Assembly (NCBI GenBank): GCA_030390025.1
Contig: CM059431.1
Span: 155,126,001-155,190,000 of the forward strand
Length of the DNA: 64,000 nt
Source of the DNA: Squalus acanthias
Taxonomy: Eukaryota
Reading direction: 5' to 3'
The translations under genes were made by a program, and so were the position numbers. The notes under the pieces are model-generated. The model did no database searches, had not been told where the DNA came from, and was given only the letters and a program-made list of their open reading frames with translations. Below, piece by piece: positions 37,061 to 49,625 of the stretch; within the stretch, counting starts at the first letter, position 1, and each line of letters opens with the position of its first letter.

Positions 37061-38329
37061 ATCCTAACTAGATCCATGCTATAGATCAGAGGTTCCCTAA
37101 CTTTTATTGAGCCCTCATTCGGATTCATGACCCGTTCGGGCCCCACATCTTTTTCTAAGCAACAGTATTTTTTGGTTCCCAGAAAGATGTCAGAGTTAAA
37201 TTCTACTGATACAAAAAGCTGGAAAAAAGTGAGAGAATTTCAAAATGCTCAACCTGCTTTCAGGGTTTGTCTGCCTTCAACAGTCAACTACCTCAATGAC
37301 ATCTGTTTTTATGAGGCAATCAGGAAATATTGCAAGAATTGTCTTTCACTTTAAGTGATGCAGCCTCGCATAGTCACAGTAGGTGCATGAGGTGGCGATC
37401 GCAGCACAACACTGGAGGTTTGAGACACTGCAAATTTGTAGAAGTGGACATTGTACCTCTCAGATCTGCTGCTGATGCAACGGTACTCGGTTTGTCTGCA
37501 GAAGAAGCAGCTCTGGTGGGTTCAATATTGGCCCATGTGGCCTTGAAACAGCCCGTGTGGAAACTGTGCTTCTTGTGCAACGTAAGGTTAGACAAATTGA
37601 TTCACTGCAATGATTGTGTTGAATAACTGTTGGAGAGACTGAGCTTGTGGGGCACCGGCACACATATAAAACATTAATCTTTGCCTGCAGATGAGTTTTC
37701 TGAGGTGCAGCATCATGGTGATGAGGAGGAATGAGAAAGAATAAGGAGCAGAGTCAGAGAAGATCGAAAGTTCATCCATTGAAATAAATCTTCGATCTGC
37801 GTTCGAGTAGGGAGGACAGACACCACACGATTAGCAGCATTATGGGAGTGAAAATTGGAGGCCAGGTAATGGAACAGGATTCTATGTGATAGAATAGCGA
37901 ATTCTCTCTTCGACCCTGATGAAAGCACTCAGCTTTGTCAAATTTATAGAGAGGCTTGATGCGTCTATGAGGAAGTAAGGAATGGAGGGGTGCGGGGCAG
38001 AGTGGAATTAGATAATTAGATTGAGAGGAGTCTCGAGTGGAGTAAAAATACTAACATAGACAACTTGGACCGAATGGCCAGTTTCAGTGCTGTAGATCCC
38101 ATGTATTTCAAGTTGCCCAGATCCGAGTCGGGAATAACATCCTCCGTCACTGTGTCCATGGTGCTGTACCCTTGTCGTCTCTCACCTCTCCACAGCATTC
38201 ACTATTCTATCACATAGGATCCAGGCGGATTGGATCTCCGGCGTTATGAACACTGCTTAATATTGGTGTAAGTGATCTAACGCCCTCAAAAGTGTTATTA
38301 AATAAGCTCTTGTGCCTCTCTCCCTAGAA

Positions 38330-41300
38330 TCCCTGTTCGAATCCTTTAATTCTCTCTTGGTCCATTGCTTTCTAGGTTATGGCACTTCAAGTGCATATCC
38401 AATTAATTTATAAATGTGATGAGGGTTTCTGCGTCTACCACCCTTTCAGGCAGTGAGTTCCAGACACCCACCACCCTCTGGGTGAAATCAATTCTCCTCA
38501 AATCGCCACTAAACAGCCTACCAATTACTTTAATTCTATGCCCGCTGTTTGTTGAACCTTCTGCAAAGGTAAATAAGTCCTTCCTATCCACTTCATCTAG
38601 GCTCCTCATAATTTTATACACCTCAATTCAGTCGCCCCTCGGCCTCCTCTGTTCCAAAGTAAACAACCCAGTCTATCCAGTCTTTCCTCATAGCTAAAAC
38701 TCCCCAGCCCAGGCAACATCCTCGTAAATCTCCTCTGCACCCTCTTCAGTGCAATCCCATTCTTCCTGTAATGTGTTGACCCAGAACTACACGCAGTGTT
38801 CTAGCTGTGGCCTAACTAGTGTTTTATACAGTTCAAGCAGATCATCCCTGCTCTTATATCCTATGCCTCAGCTAATAAGGCAAGTGTCCCGCATGCCTTC
38901 CTAACCACCTTATCTACCTGCCCTGCTACTTTCAGGGATCTGTTGACATGCACTCCAAGGTCCCTCTGTTCCTCTACAATTCTCGGTATCCTACCATTTA
39001 TTGGGCCTGAAATTCGGGTCGGAGGCTTCCGGAGGGGGAAAGCCCCCGACCTTCACTAACCTAGCACGCCTGCCGTTGTGCTGTGGGCTCGCTTGGGATT
39101 CCGGTCCTGGGCCTCCTGCAGCTGCCGGCGTGCAGTGCTTGCGTATCCCAGGGGCGCAGTTATTTCGAAGCGTCCCCTGGGATCACGTGGGCCATGGAGA
39201 GCCAATCGGAGCAGGAAATCTCCATTCATAGATTTGACAGGAAGACCTGTCAAATCTATGAATAGAGATCACCCCGCAAAACCTAATTAAAACAACAAAT
39301 ACATTTAAAAAAAACCAAATTTTTAAAATAACTATAAATTACATTAATTAACGATTGTAAACAAAAATTAACTTTTTTGAAAACATTAATTACAGTTTTT
39401 AACGGGGCTAAAAATAAACTGACCTTTCTTTAAAGTATTTAAAAAAGATAAAACTGTAGAAAAAATGTTGAAATTTCACTGAATTCGCCACTTACTTTGT
39501 TAAAAGCAGGCCTTGCACCTGTTTTTTTCCCGTGCAGATTCTTCGTACTTACCCTCACTACAAAACCTGTAAAAAAAAACGGAAGTTCGCTGCGTGCGCG
39601 CTGCCTCTTCGGTGCACGCGTTTGACCTCCGAATCCCTTCATGCAAGGGAACGGAAGTTTCGGTTTCCAGCGCATGCGCAGTGCATGCCCGAAAACGGCA
39701 CTTACATTGGGTCTAATGGTGAGTACCCAGCGGTTACTCACCCGTGGAGACCCGAATTTCTGGGTATTCCTTTGCCTTGTTCGCCCTTTCCAAATGCATT
39801 ACTTCACACTTCTCCGGATTGAAATGAATTTGCCACTGTTCTGCCCACCTGACCTGTCCTTTGATATCTTCCTGCAGTGCACAGCTTTCTTCTTCATTAT
39901 CAACCACACGGCCAATTTTTGTATCATCTGCAAACTTATTAATCATACTTCCTACATTCAAGTCCAAATCATTGAAAAATACAACAAAAAGCAAAGGACC
40001 CAATACTGAGCTCTGCGAACACCACTGGAAAAAACCTTCCAGTCACAAAAACACCCTTCGAACATTTTCCTTCGTTTCCTGCCTCTGACACAATTTTGGA
40101 TCCAACTTGTCAATTTGCCTTGGATCCCATGGGCATTTATTTTCATGACCAGTCTGCCATGCGGGACCTTATCAAAAGCCTTGCTAAAATCCAAATTGCA
40201 TCAAATGCACTGCCCTCATCGACCCTCCTTGTTACCTCCTCAAAAAATTCAATAAATTTAGTCAGACACGAACTTCCCTTAACAAATCCATGCTGACTGT
40301 CCCTGATTAATTCGTGTCTTTCTAAATGGAGATTTATCCTGTCTCTCAGAATTGTTTCCAATAATTTTCCCACCACCGGGATTAGGCTGACTTGCCTGTA
40401 ATTACTTGGTCTAACCCTTTCTCCCTTTTTAAACAAAATACCACTTCAGCAGTCCTCCAGTCCTTCGGCACCACAACCTGTAGCCAGAGAGGATTGCAAA
40501 ATGATGGTCAGAATCTCTGCTAGTTCCTCTCTTACTTCTCTTAACATTTCATCCGGTCCTGCAGATTTATCCACATGCTAAACCCCTTAATACTTCCTCT
40601 TTCACTATGTTTATTCAATCTAATATTTCACACTCATCCTCCCTGATTGCAATGTCTGCCCCGTCCCTCTATTTTGTGAAATCAGACGCAAATTTGTCAT
40701 TAGGAACCATACCCATATCGTCTGCATCCACACACACGTTACCTTTATGGCCACTAATAGGCCCTACTCTTACTTTAGTTATCCTCTTGCCCTTAAACAT
40801 CTTAGGGTTTTCCTTGATTTTACTTGCCAATAATTTTTCATGCCCTCTCTTTGCTTTCCTGATTTCCTTTTTAATTTCACCCCTGCACTTTCTCTACTCC
40901 TCTCGGGTTTCTGCAGTGTTGAGCCCTCGGTATCTGTCATAAGCTTCCCTTTTTTTATTTATCCTACCCTGTATGCACCTTGACATCCAGGGAGCTCTAA
41001 CTCGGTTAGTCACACACTTTATCTTTAACGGAACATACTTGCTCTGAACCCTCACTAGCTCCTCCTTGAATGCTTCCCACTGCTCTGACACTGACTTACC
41101 TTCAAGTTTGTAACTCCAGTCCACTTTGGCTAAATCACATTTCAGCTTTGTAGAATTAGCTTTTCATCAATTGAGAACTTTTATTCCTGATCTAACCTTG
41201 TCCTTTTCCATAACTACCCTAAATCTAACTGAATTATGATCACTACCACCAACATGCTCTCCCACTGATACAATGATTTTTCTGAACTATTTTTTATTTT

Positions 41301-41660
41301 GATAATGTTTGTCACTCCCAGTTCTCTGTGAACCTTGTATCTCCTCACTGGCCCTTCCTTTTGTTGCCCCCTCTATCTGCTAAATTAATTTATACCATAC
41401 CCCACAACACTAGTTAACCTTCCTGAGAGGATACTGGCTCCTGCCTGTTACTGTGCAAACCGTCCATCTTGTACATGGACATTCTCCACCAGAACTGGTC
41501 CAATGCACCAGAAAACTGAAGCTCTCCATCTTGCACCATTTCTCCAGCCAGGCGTTAACCTGTCTCATTTTACTGCTCCTATACTCACTGGTCGGTGGCA
41601 TTGTGCGCAATGAAGAGTTTACTAACTTTGAAGTTCTGCTCTTTAAGATCGTTCCTAGAT
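38330..41660 (-). mobile_element. CR1 LINE (esterase remnant to 3' region), interrupted by a MITE
   Basis: ORFs 41410-41667, 40894-41124, 40143-40436, 39734-40194, 38403-38621 with CR1 motifs. Confidence 0.85.
39002..39765. mobile_element. MITE-like element with terminal inverted repeats
   Basis: gggcctgaaattcgggtc ... gacccgaatttctggg; interrupts the CR1 RT sequence, which resumes on both sides. Confidence 0.7.
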
Positions 41661-41678
41661 CCTGCAAAATCAGTCTGT

Positions 41679-41965
41679 ATCACAGAATCAGAGAATCTCC
41701 ACAATGCAGATAGAGGCCAGTTCGGCCCATCGAGTCTGCACCGATACATATCCTACCCTATTTAATATCCCTAACACTAAGGGTCAATTTATCATAGCCA
41801 AATCAAACTAACCCACACATCTTTGGACTGTGGGAGGAAACCGGAGCAAACCCACGCAGACACGGGGAGAATGTGCAAACTCTACACAGACAGTCACCCG
41901 AGGCCGGATTCGAACCCGGGTCCCTGGCGCTGTGAGGCAACAGTGCTAACCACTATGCCACCGTG
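41679..41965 (-). mobile_element. tRNA-derived SINE, HE1/V-SINE type
   Basis: A box TGGCATAGTGG and B box GGTTCGAATCC; V-domain-like GAGTTTGCACATTCTCCCCGTGTCTGCGTGGGTTT; CR1-like tail GATGGGCCGAACTGGCCTC. Confidence 0.85.
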
Positions 41966-42264
41966 TTGCACACAGCTGTAGGTTCACAACTCTATTCTAC
42001 CTACGTTATTGGTTACAACCTGGACCACGACTGCTGGCTGTTCCCCTTCCCGTCGCAACATGATCTACACCAGTTCAATTATATCCTTTACCATGGCACC
42101 ATGGAAGCAACACACCATGCGAGACTCACGCCGCCGGTTGCAGAAACTCCTGTCTATCCGCATGACCATCGAATCACCTATGCCACTGCATTTCTACACT
42201 TTTCTCCGCCCCCCACCTCCGTGAAGTAATTTGCCTCACTGTGCCGTGGGTGTGCAGTAGAGCA

Positions 42265-42370
42265 CAGTACAACAGTGACTACACTTCAACAAGTGATTAA
42301 TTGAATATAAAGCATTTGGTACATCCTGAGTTTGTGAAAGGCGCTATATAAATGCAAGTTCTTTCTTTAG
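42265..42370 (+). mobile_element. Deu-SINE/L2-type 3' tail fragment
   Basis: acaacagtgactacacttcaa...gtgaaaggcgctatataaatgcaagttctttcttt. Confidence 0.55.
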
Positions 42371-42538
42371 ATTGCACTCCTCCGATGTGTCTTTACCAAT
42401 GAAAACCAGTTTGAGACTGCACCACTCACGGAGGATTCCAGCACTGCCGTTCTCTTCCTACCCTGCAAATGACCACCCAATTACTACCCACAATAAAAAG
42501 AGTATCGCTGAAAATGAGGCAACGTATCGAATTATATA

Positions 42539-45316
42539 AGAACGTAAGAAATAGGAGCAGGAGTAAGGCATTTAGCTCCTCGAGTCTGCTCTGCCATTCA
42601 ATAAGATCATGGGTGATCTTCTACCTCATCTCCACTTTCCTGCACTATCACCATATCGCTTGTTTCGCTTAATATTCAAAAATCTATCGATCTTTGTCTG
42701 GAATATATTTATTCACTGAGCATCCACAGCCCTCTGAGTAGGAGAATTCGAAAGAATCACCACCCTCTGAGTGAAGAAATGTCTCCTCCTCTCAGTCCTA
42801 AATGGCCGACCCCTTATTCTGAGACTGTGACCCTTGGTTCTAGAATCCCCAGCCAGGGGAATTATCCTCTCCACATCTACCGTGTCAAGCCCTGTACGAA
42901 TGTTGTATGTTTCAATGAGATTACCTCTCATTCTTATAAACTGAAGAGAATATAGGCCTAGTCTACTCAATCTCTCCTCATCGGACAATCCCCCATCCCA
43001 GGAACCAGTCTGGTGAACCTTCGTTGCACTCCCTCTATGGCACGTATATCCTTCCTAAGATAATGAGACCAAAACTGTACACAATACTCCAGATGTGGTC
43101 TCACCAGGGCCGTAAATAATTGCAGTAAGACGTCTTTACTCTTATACTTCAATCCTCTTGTGATAAAGGACAACATATCATTTGCTTTCCTAATTGCTTG
43201 CTGTACCTGCATGTTAACTTTCAGTGATTCGTGTACAAGGACACCCAGGTCCCTCTGAACACCATTTCCCAATCTCTCATCATTTAAAAAATACTCTGCT
43301 TTGTATTTTTCCGACCAAAGTGGATAACTTCACATTTCTCCACTTTATATTTCATTTGCTATGTTCTTACACACTCACTTCGCCTATCAATATCCTTTTG
43401 AAGCCTCCTTGCATCCTCCTCACAACTTACATTCCCAGCCGGCTTTTTATCATCAGCAAACGTGGATATATTACATTTGGTCCCCTCATCTAAATCATAG
43501 ATATAGATGTTGAATAGCTGAGGCTCAAGCACTGATCGTTGCGGTTTCCCACTAGTTACAGCCTGCAACCCGAAAAAGACCCGCTTATTCCTACTCTCTG
43601 TTTTCTATCCATTAACCAATCCTCAATCCATGCTAGTATATTACCCCCAATCCCATGAGCCGTAATTTTGTTTAATAACCACTTGTCTGGCACCTTATCG
43701 AATGCCTTCTGAAAATTCAAATTCACCACATCAACTGATACCTCCTTTTCTATTCTGCTCGTTACAATCTCAAAAACTCAACATATATGACAAACACGAT
43801 TTCCCTTTCATAAGTCCCTGTTGAGTCTGCCCAATCCTATTATTATTTTCTAAGTGCTCTGTTACTACATCCTTAATAATAGATTCTAGCATTTTCTCCA
43901 ACACTGATGTTAGGCTAACTGGTCTGTAGTTCCCCGTTTTCTTTCTCCCTCCTTTCTTAAATAGTGGGGTTAAATTTACAACCTTTCAATCCGCCGGAAC
44001 CGTTCTAGAATCTATGGAATTTTGGAAAATGACAACCAATGCATCCACTATCTCTATAGCCAATTCTTTCAAAACCCTAGGATGTAGGCCATCATGTCCC
44101 GGGGATTTATTGGCTTTCAGTACCATTAATATCTACAATTCTAAATTTTTACTCATACTAATGTCTTTCAGTTTCTCATTCTCGCTAGAGCCTTGGTTCT
44201 CCATTATTTCCGGCAAGTTTTTTGCATCTTGTTCTGTGTGGACAGACACAAATTATTTGTTTAATTTCTCTGCCATTTCCTTATTCCCCATTATAATTTC
44301 TCCTGTCTCAGCCTGTAAGTAACCGACATTTACTTTCGCTAATCTTTGCCTTTTTATATAGCTATGGAAGCTTTTAGAGTCTATTTTTATGTCTCACGCT
44401 AGTTTGCTCTCATATTCGGTCTTCCCTTTCTTCATCAAATTGTTGGTCCTCCTTTGCTTAATTTTAAAATCCTTCCAATCCTCAGACTGGCCAGTCTTTT
44501 TGACAAGATTATAAGCCTCTTCCTTTGATCTAATACTAACGTTAACTTCTCTTGTTAGCCGCGTTTGGATCACATTTCCTGTGGGTTTTTTTATGCCATA
44601 AAGCAAGGTTTATTTGTAGTAAATTATGCATTAATTCTTTAAATGGTAGCCTTTGCTTGTCTAACATCATGCCTTTTAATCTCCCTGATGTGGAGATGCC
44701 GGCGTTGGACTGGGGTGGACAAAAATGAGAAGTCGCACAACACCAGGTTATAGTCCAACAGATTTATTTAAAATTACAAGCTTTCGGAGCTGTCGCCCCT
44801 TCCTCAGGTAGAGTTACTGTGCCTTTTAATGTAGCTTCCCTGTCTACCTTGCCAACTCGCCCCTCATATATTCGTAGTTTGATTTGTTTAGATTTAAGAG
44901 CCTAGTTTCGGATTTAACTAAATCACTTTCCAAATCAGTATGCAATTCTATCATATTATGGTTACTCTTCCCTAAATGCCCCTTTACTACACGGTTATTA
45001 ATTAACACTTACTCGTTACACAAGATTAGATCTAAAATAGCCTGTTCCCTTTTTGGTTCCTCAACATACTGATCTAGAAAACTATCTTGCATACATTCCA
45101 TGAATTCATCCTGCACACTATTACTGCAAATTTGGTTTGCCCAGTCTATATGTAGATTATAGTCCCTTCATCATCACTGTATTGCCCTTTTTACATGCGC
45201 CTCTAATTTCCTGATTTATAATCTGCCCTACATTACACCTACTGTTTTGGGGCCTATATACAACTCTCACGATTGTTTTCTGTCCCTTGCTGTTTCTTGA
45301 CTCCACACAAACTGAG
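42539..45316 (-). mobile_element. 5'-truncated CR1 flanked by an about 80-bp direct repeat
   Basis: ORF2 pieces 42713-45381; flanks 42459-42538 and 45317-45397 are near-identical. Confidence 0.88.
44681..44819 (-). mobile_element. Penelope-like pLTR fragment with minimal hammerhead-like motif; 11-bp TSD
   Basis: TSD TGCCTTTTAAT (44670-44680, 44820-44830); minus strand CTGAGGA-A-GGGGC-GACA-GCTCC-GAAA; same family as 49644-49819. Confidence 0.7.
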
Positions 45317-46259
45317 TACCCTGCAAATAACCACCCAATTACTATCCTCAACAAAAAGTGTTGCCGCTGATAATGAGGCAATGTATCGAATTATATAGTC
45401 AAGTATGACTCCCGTGACCCCTAAAACTCCTTTATTGATATACTTTCCAATGAAGAGCACCAGATTTTGTCTGTAGCAGATTTAAAGATATATATCCCAA
45501 AGTGATTAATTCGTGTATTTTTACACATTGGATACACTCTGGTAGAACGATTGCCTTATTTGAAAATTTCATTGAGGTTATCTGAAACTTGCACGTTTTG
45601 TACTGAAATGAAGTGTTTGGAAGTGTGTGGTAGTGCCTCGCAGGATTCAGTTCTGGGGCCACTTCTGTCTCTGTTACGAACTTGAATATAGACCTAAGTC
45701 TATAACTGCAGATTATGCAAAAATGAAGTGGCCCCAGAACTGAATACTGCGAGGCACCAACACACACTTTTTCAGCCGCTTCATTTCAGTAAAAAACGTG
45801 TCCGTTTCAGGTAATCTCAATGCAATCTTCAAATAAGTTCAAGAGTTCTGCCAGAGTGTATATAATGTGTAAAATGCACCAATTTTCACTTTAGGATATA
45901 TATTGATAAATATCATAAAGTGTTATATCGTTAATATTTAGAAGCCGGAGGAAATTTAAAATTTGGGGAATTTGCTGAAAAGGTCAACTGGAATCAATAT
46001 CAGTGTCAATTGATACATACTTGTAAAATTCAGCTGTGATTGTGCACGGAATTGAGGTAGATTCGCTGCTGTGCGGAGCAGAGCGACTTCGAGGGTACAC
46101 GATAGCAGGACGTTACAGGCAACACCTCAGGTTCTTTAGACTGTCGAAAAGCTAATGGGCCTCTAGGTGTAATCACAAGAGTTATAGAAAAAAGTAGCTG
46201 AAATAATAATGTGTTTATATAAAACCAGAAAAAAGACCCACAGTAAATTTCTGTGTGCA

Positions 46260-46520
46260 CTATCGAGCTGCAGGCTTTAGGAAGGATATTGAGCCTGTAG
46301 CGAGCGTGCGCATCAGATTCACTTGGGTACTAGCTGCTGTCAGGTTACACAGATACAAAGAAAGACTTAGAAAGCTTATTGATTCACTAGAATAAAGCCA
46401 TATTAAGGAGTGATATTTAAGGAGTGTATTTAAAATTATGGACGGATGGGACAGGATAGATAGAAGCAGGCTGTTTTCAGTAGTTGAGCTATCAGTAAAC
46501 GAGGAGCCCATGAATTTAAT
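46260..46520 (+). mobile_element. Old CR1 C-terminal fragment
   Basis: ctttaggaaggatattgag..agattcact..gatatttaaggagtgtatttaaaattatg..gataga. Confidence 0.5.
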
Positions 46521-47829
46521 TTTCAAAGTTTCCCAGGCTCACAATGAATTATACCGCTACTAAATATTTCGAATAAAGATTAAATCAAAAGGTGAAATTC
46601 GAGCACCTCAAGCAGAAGTTAACAGGCCGCTGACGCAATAACTTCACTTGCTTACCGAAACCCATTTGCTGATTAAGTTCCAGTAATTGAAACCCGGAGC
46701 CTGATACTCATGGGTAACAACATCCTGATCAAGGCCGAGGCTGTAACACATTAACTGGCGGCTTTCTGCCAGAAAATATAATCATCGCTCTTTTGTTCAT
46801 GGGAAAGTAACCCGTGATGGTAATTGTACAAATTCATGGCAAACGGATTAGAGTAGAATAATAAAGAGCCTGAGACCAAGATTCATAGAACCGGGATTCG
46901 AATGTAGTTCATTTACCCAGAGTTAGAATCTGGACAAAGAAACAGCTAGTGATCGAAATGGAAGATCATTCCAAATACTTATCATTTCAGTGTTGAGAGA
47001 TTACTGTGCCCCACCCTCTAGTGTTTGAATCTACGAAGCTAACAGCGACCTTTGTCCAATGCTATCTGTGGCATTTTATATTGCGATAATAAAGAGATTT
47101 TATGGAGAGCAATGAAATCGAATTGAGGACATGCAACTGATTCAGGCAAAAGAAAATAATTTCTCTGCGGGGACTTCTGAACCGCAGCTGGAAGAGCCGG
47201 GCGGACATTTGATCATTGTTACCACAGCAAGAATCAATGACTTTGGTTAAAGGATCAGTAACTCACCAGAACAGTTCAACCTAATTGAGATCGTGTGTGA
47301 TTCAGATCGAGCCCTGCACCAGAGAACAGGGCGGGAGATATTTTACTGTTCAGGCTGAAGGTCGTGTTTATGACGGTGGTGTACAACTGATATTCACCCA
47401 GGGTGTAATCATTAACCTGCTGAACTCACAACGCTAACTTACACGGACAGCCTGGAAGCAGAATTTGAAGCCACAGCACAAGGTAAGGACCCGGAATACA
47501 CTGAGCGCAATTATAGGGCATTAATGTTTTTGAAAATCTGTAGTATCTAATATTTATTCAGAAAAGAAAAGATTGCCTTATCAGAAATTAATTTACTGGA
47601 AGCTGCGCCATTTAACAGAACAAAACTTCCAAATATAAACTCACACGCTAAAATTCTACAGCTGTAAGTAGCATTTATATATTGTTCTCGATTATGTCAC
47701 GGCTTTGAACAAAAAGTTAAAGGTCGAGACTTTTCAACATAAACCACAACCATAATCGAATCGAAATACAGAGTTTCCAGCCAGGGGCGGGAAAACGTTT
47801 ATTTAACCCGCATTGACCTCAGGATACCA

Positions 47830-48081
47830 GAGCTCCTTGGTGCTGCCTTATTGTCGCGGGGAGTTACGGTCACCTGGTGTCAAGTTGGGATCCATGGATT
47901 TCAGGTAAATCCCGAACTGAGCGTTGGTGAGCAGGTTATTGATGAGTGAATCTTGCTTGATGGCGCCATCGCTGAGTCCATCCATCACTTTGCTGATCAT
48001 TGTCAGGTGGCTACTAGGCCGGTAATTGGTTGGATTCAGTCTGTCTTTGCTTTTGTAGATAGGACATCGCTGATCATCCAA
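47830..48081 (-). mobile_element. L2-like RT fragment
   Basis: NPTNYRP..ISKVM..NNLLTNAQFG. Confidence 0.6.
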
Positions 48082-48089
48082 GTCATATC

Positions 48090-49300
48090 CCTAAAGAGGA
48101 AGAAATCCACTTGTACAGTCAAAAAACCATGTGAGGTAAGACACAATATAAAACATAAGGAAGGGAATTACACAAATGCCAGGAAAAAAGCTGATCCAAT
48201 AAAGTAAACAACAAAGGGCACAACGAAATGATTAAAAGCTGCCAAAAGGGAACACGAATTAAACTTGTAATTAATATAAACGGTAATAATAAAAAACTGT
48301 GTCAATATATTAAGAGTAAGAAAGTGGCTGAGTTAGGTGTGGGCTCATTAGAAAAAAAAAACATGTGGTGCTGCAATAGCTAACAACGTAATAGCAGAAT
48401 TATTTAAACAATACTTTGTATTGGTTTACACAGTAGAGGAAGAGGGCAAAATGCCAGTTATAGAAGGGATACTAAAAATAAATCAAGGGGTGGAACTAAC
48501 TGGATTAATAAAAGTAATACTGTTAATGGAGAAGAAAATAGGATTTAGGATAGATAAATGTGCAGGACCTAATGGCATACACCCAAGGGTCCTAAACGAA
48601 GTAGGGGTGGGAATAACAGACGCATTAGTTATAATCTTTCAAAGCTCTCTTGATTCAGTTATTATGCCATATAATTGGAAAATTGCTGTTGCCATTCCAT
48701 TATTTAAGATTGGTGAATTAGAGAAGAAAAGTAACTTCATGCTTGCCAGTTGTCGCATGGAGTGGTTGGGTTGAATGGCCTGTGTCTGTGTTGTAGTATA
48801 ACGCTCGTTGAGGGGAAGCTACTAGAATCTATCATTAAGGATGGAAGGACTAAATACTTGAGAAAATATGAGCTGAACAGAGAGAGCCAGAATGGATTTG
48901 CTAAAAGTAACTCTTGTCTGACAATCTCGGCGACGTTTTGAGAGATCACTAATAAGGTAGACAAAGGCTTGTTTATGTATGTTATCTACGGGGATTTCCA
49001 GAAAGCATTCGATAAGGTTCCACTTAAAATTTAACTTGCAAGAATGAGAGGGCATGGGATCTTTTTGACTTGGGTTAGAATTTGTTCAGGTGTTAGGAGG
49101 CGGAGTGAAGATAAAGGGTGTGCACACAGATTGACAGGTTGCACAGATGTGGATTGTATTCCCTTGAGTAGTAGGTTGACAGATGATCTGATGGAGATGT
49201 TAAAAATGTTAAAATGATTCAATATGACAGATAGATAGAAACTGTTACCTCTGATTGGGGACTCAAGAACGAGGGGACATAATTGAATCTTAGAATGAGG
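48090..49300 (+). mobile_element. Old CR1 ORF2 fragment
   Basis: DKCAGPNGIHPRVLNEV, SQNGFAKSNSCLT, DFQKAFDKVP. Confidence 0.75.
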
Positions 49301-49499
49301 TTCAGACCAAGTGAAACTATAACATAGACAAGATACCATATGTGGATTTTTAACATGGAGCTGCGTGACCAAACAGAAAAGCATATTGAATAGAAACATT
49401 AGCCAGCCACTGGATCATTATTGTCGGCACCATTTCTCGAGTCTGTAACTGCATTCGGTGAAGAATACATGGGATGAGCTGTGCAGGTAATGTGCATAC

Positions 49500-49625
49500 T
49501 TAATGCGCATACTGAGTGTGATGGAGATGGCAGTGCAAGTAGTGTGCCGCTACTGCAGCATGTTCGAATTTCTGGAGAGCATTGTGATCCCGGACATCCA
49601 CGTTTGTAGTAAGTGTCTGCATCTC
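49500..49625 (+). mobile_element. CR1 ORF1 start (host element, continues at 53806-53901)
   Basis: MAVQVVCRYCSMFEF..HVCSKCLHL joins EELQLRVSELESEV at 53809. Confidence 0.7.

Noticed and set aside
41900..41965. tRNA gene
   Set aside because: A/B boxes are the head of a SINE, followed by V-domain and LINE-derived tail; no complete cloverleaf
47341..47490. Possible host exon (ttttactgttcag ... AAG/gtaagg)
   Set aside because: Stops in all three frames and no supporting neighbouring exons; could be a non-coding exon but unsupported
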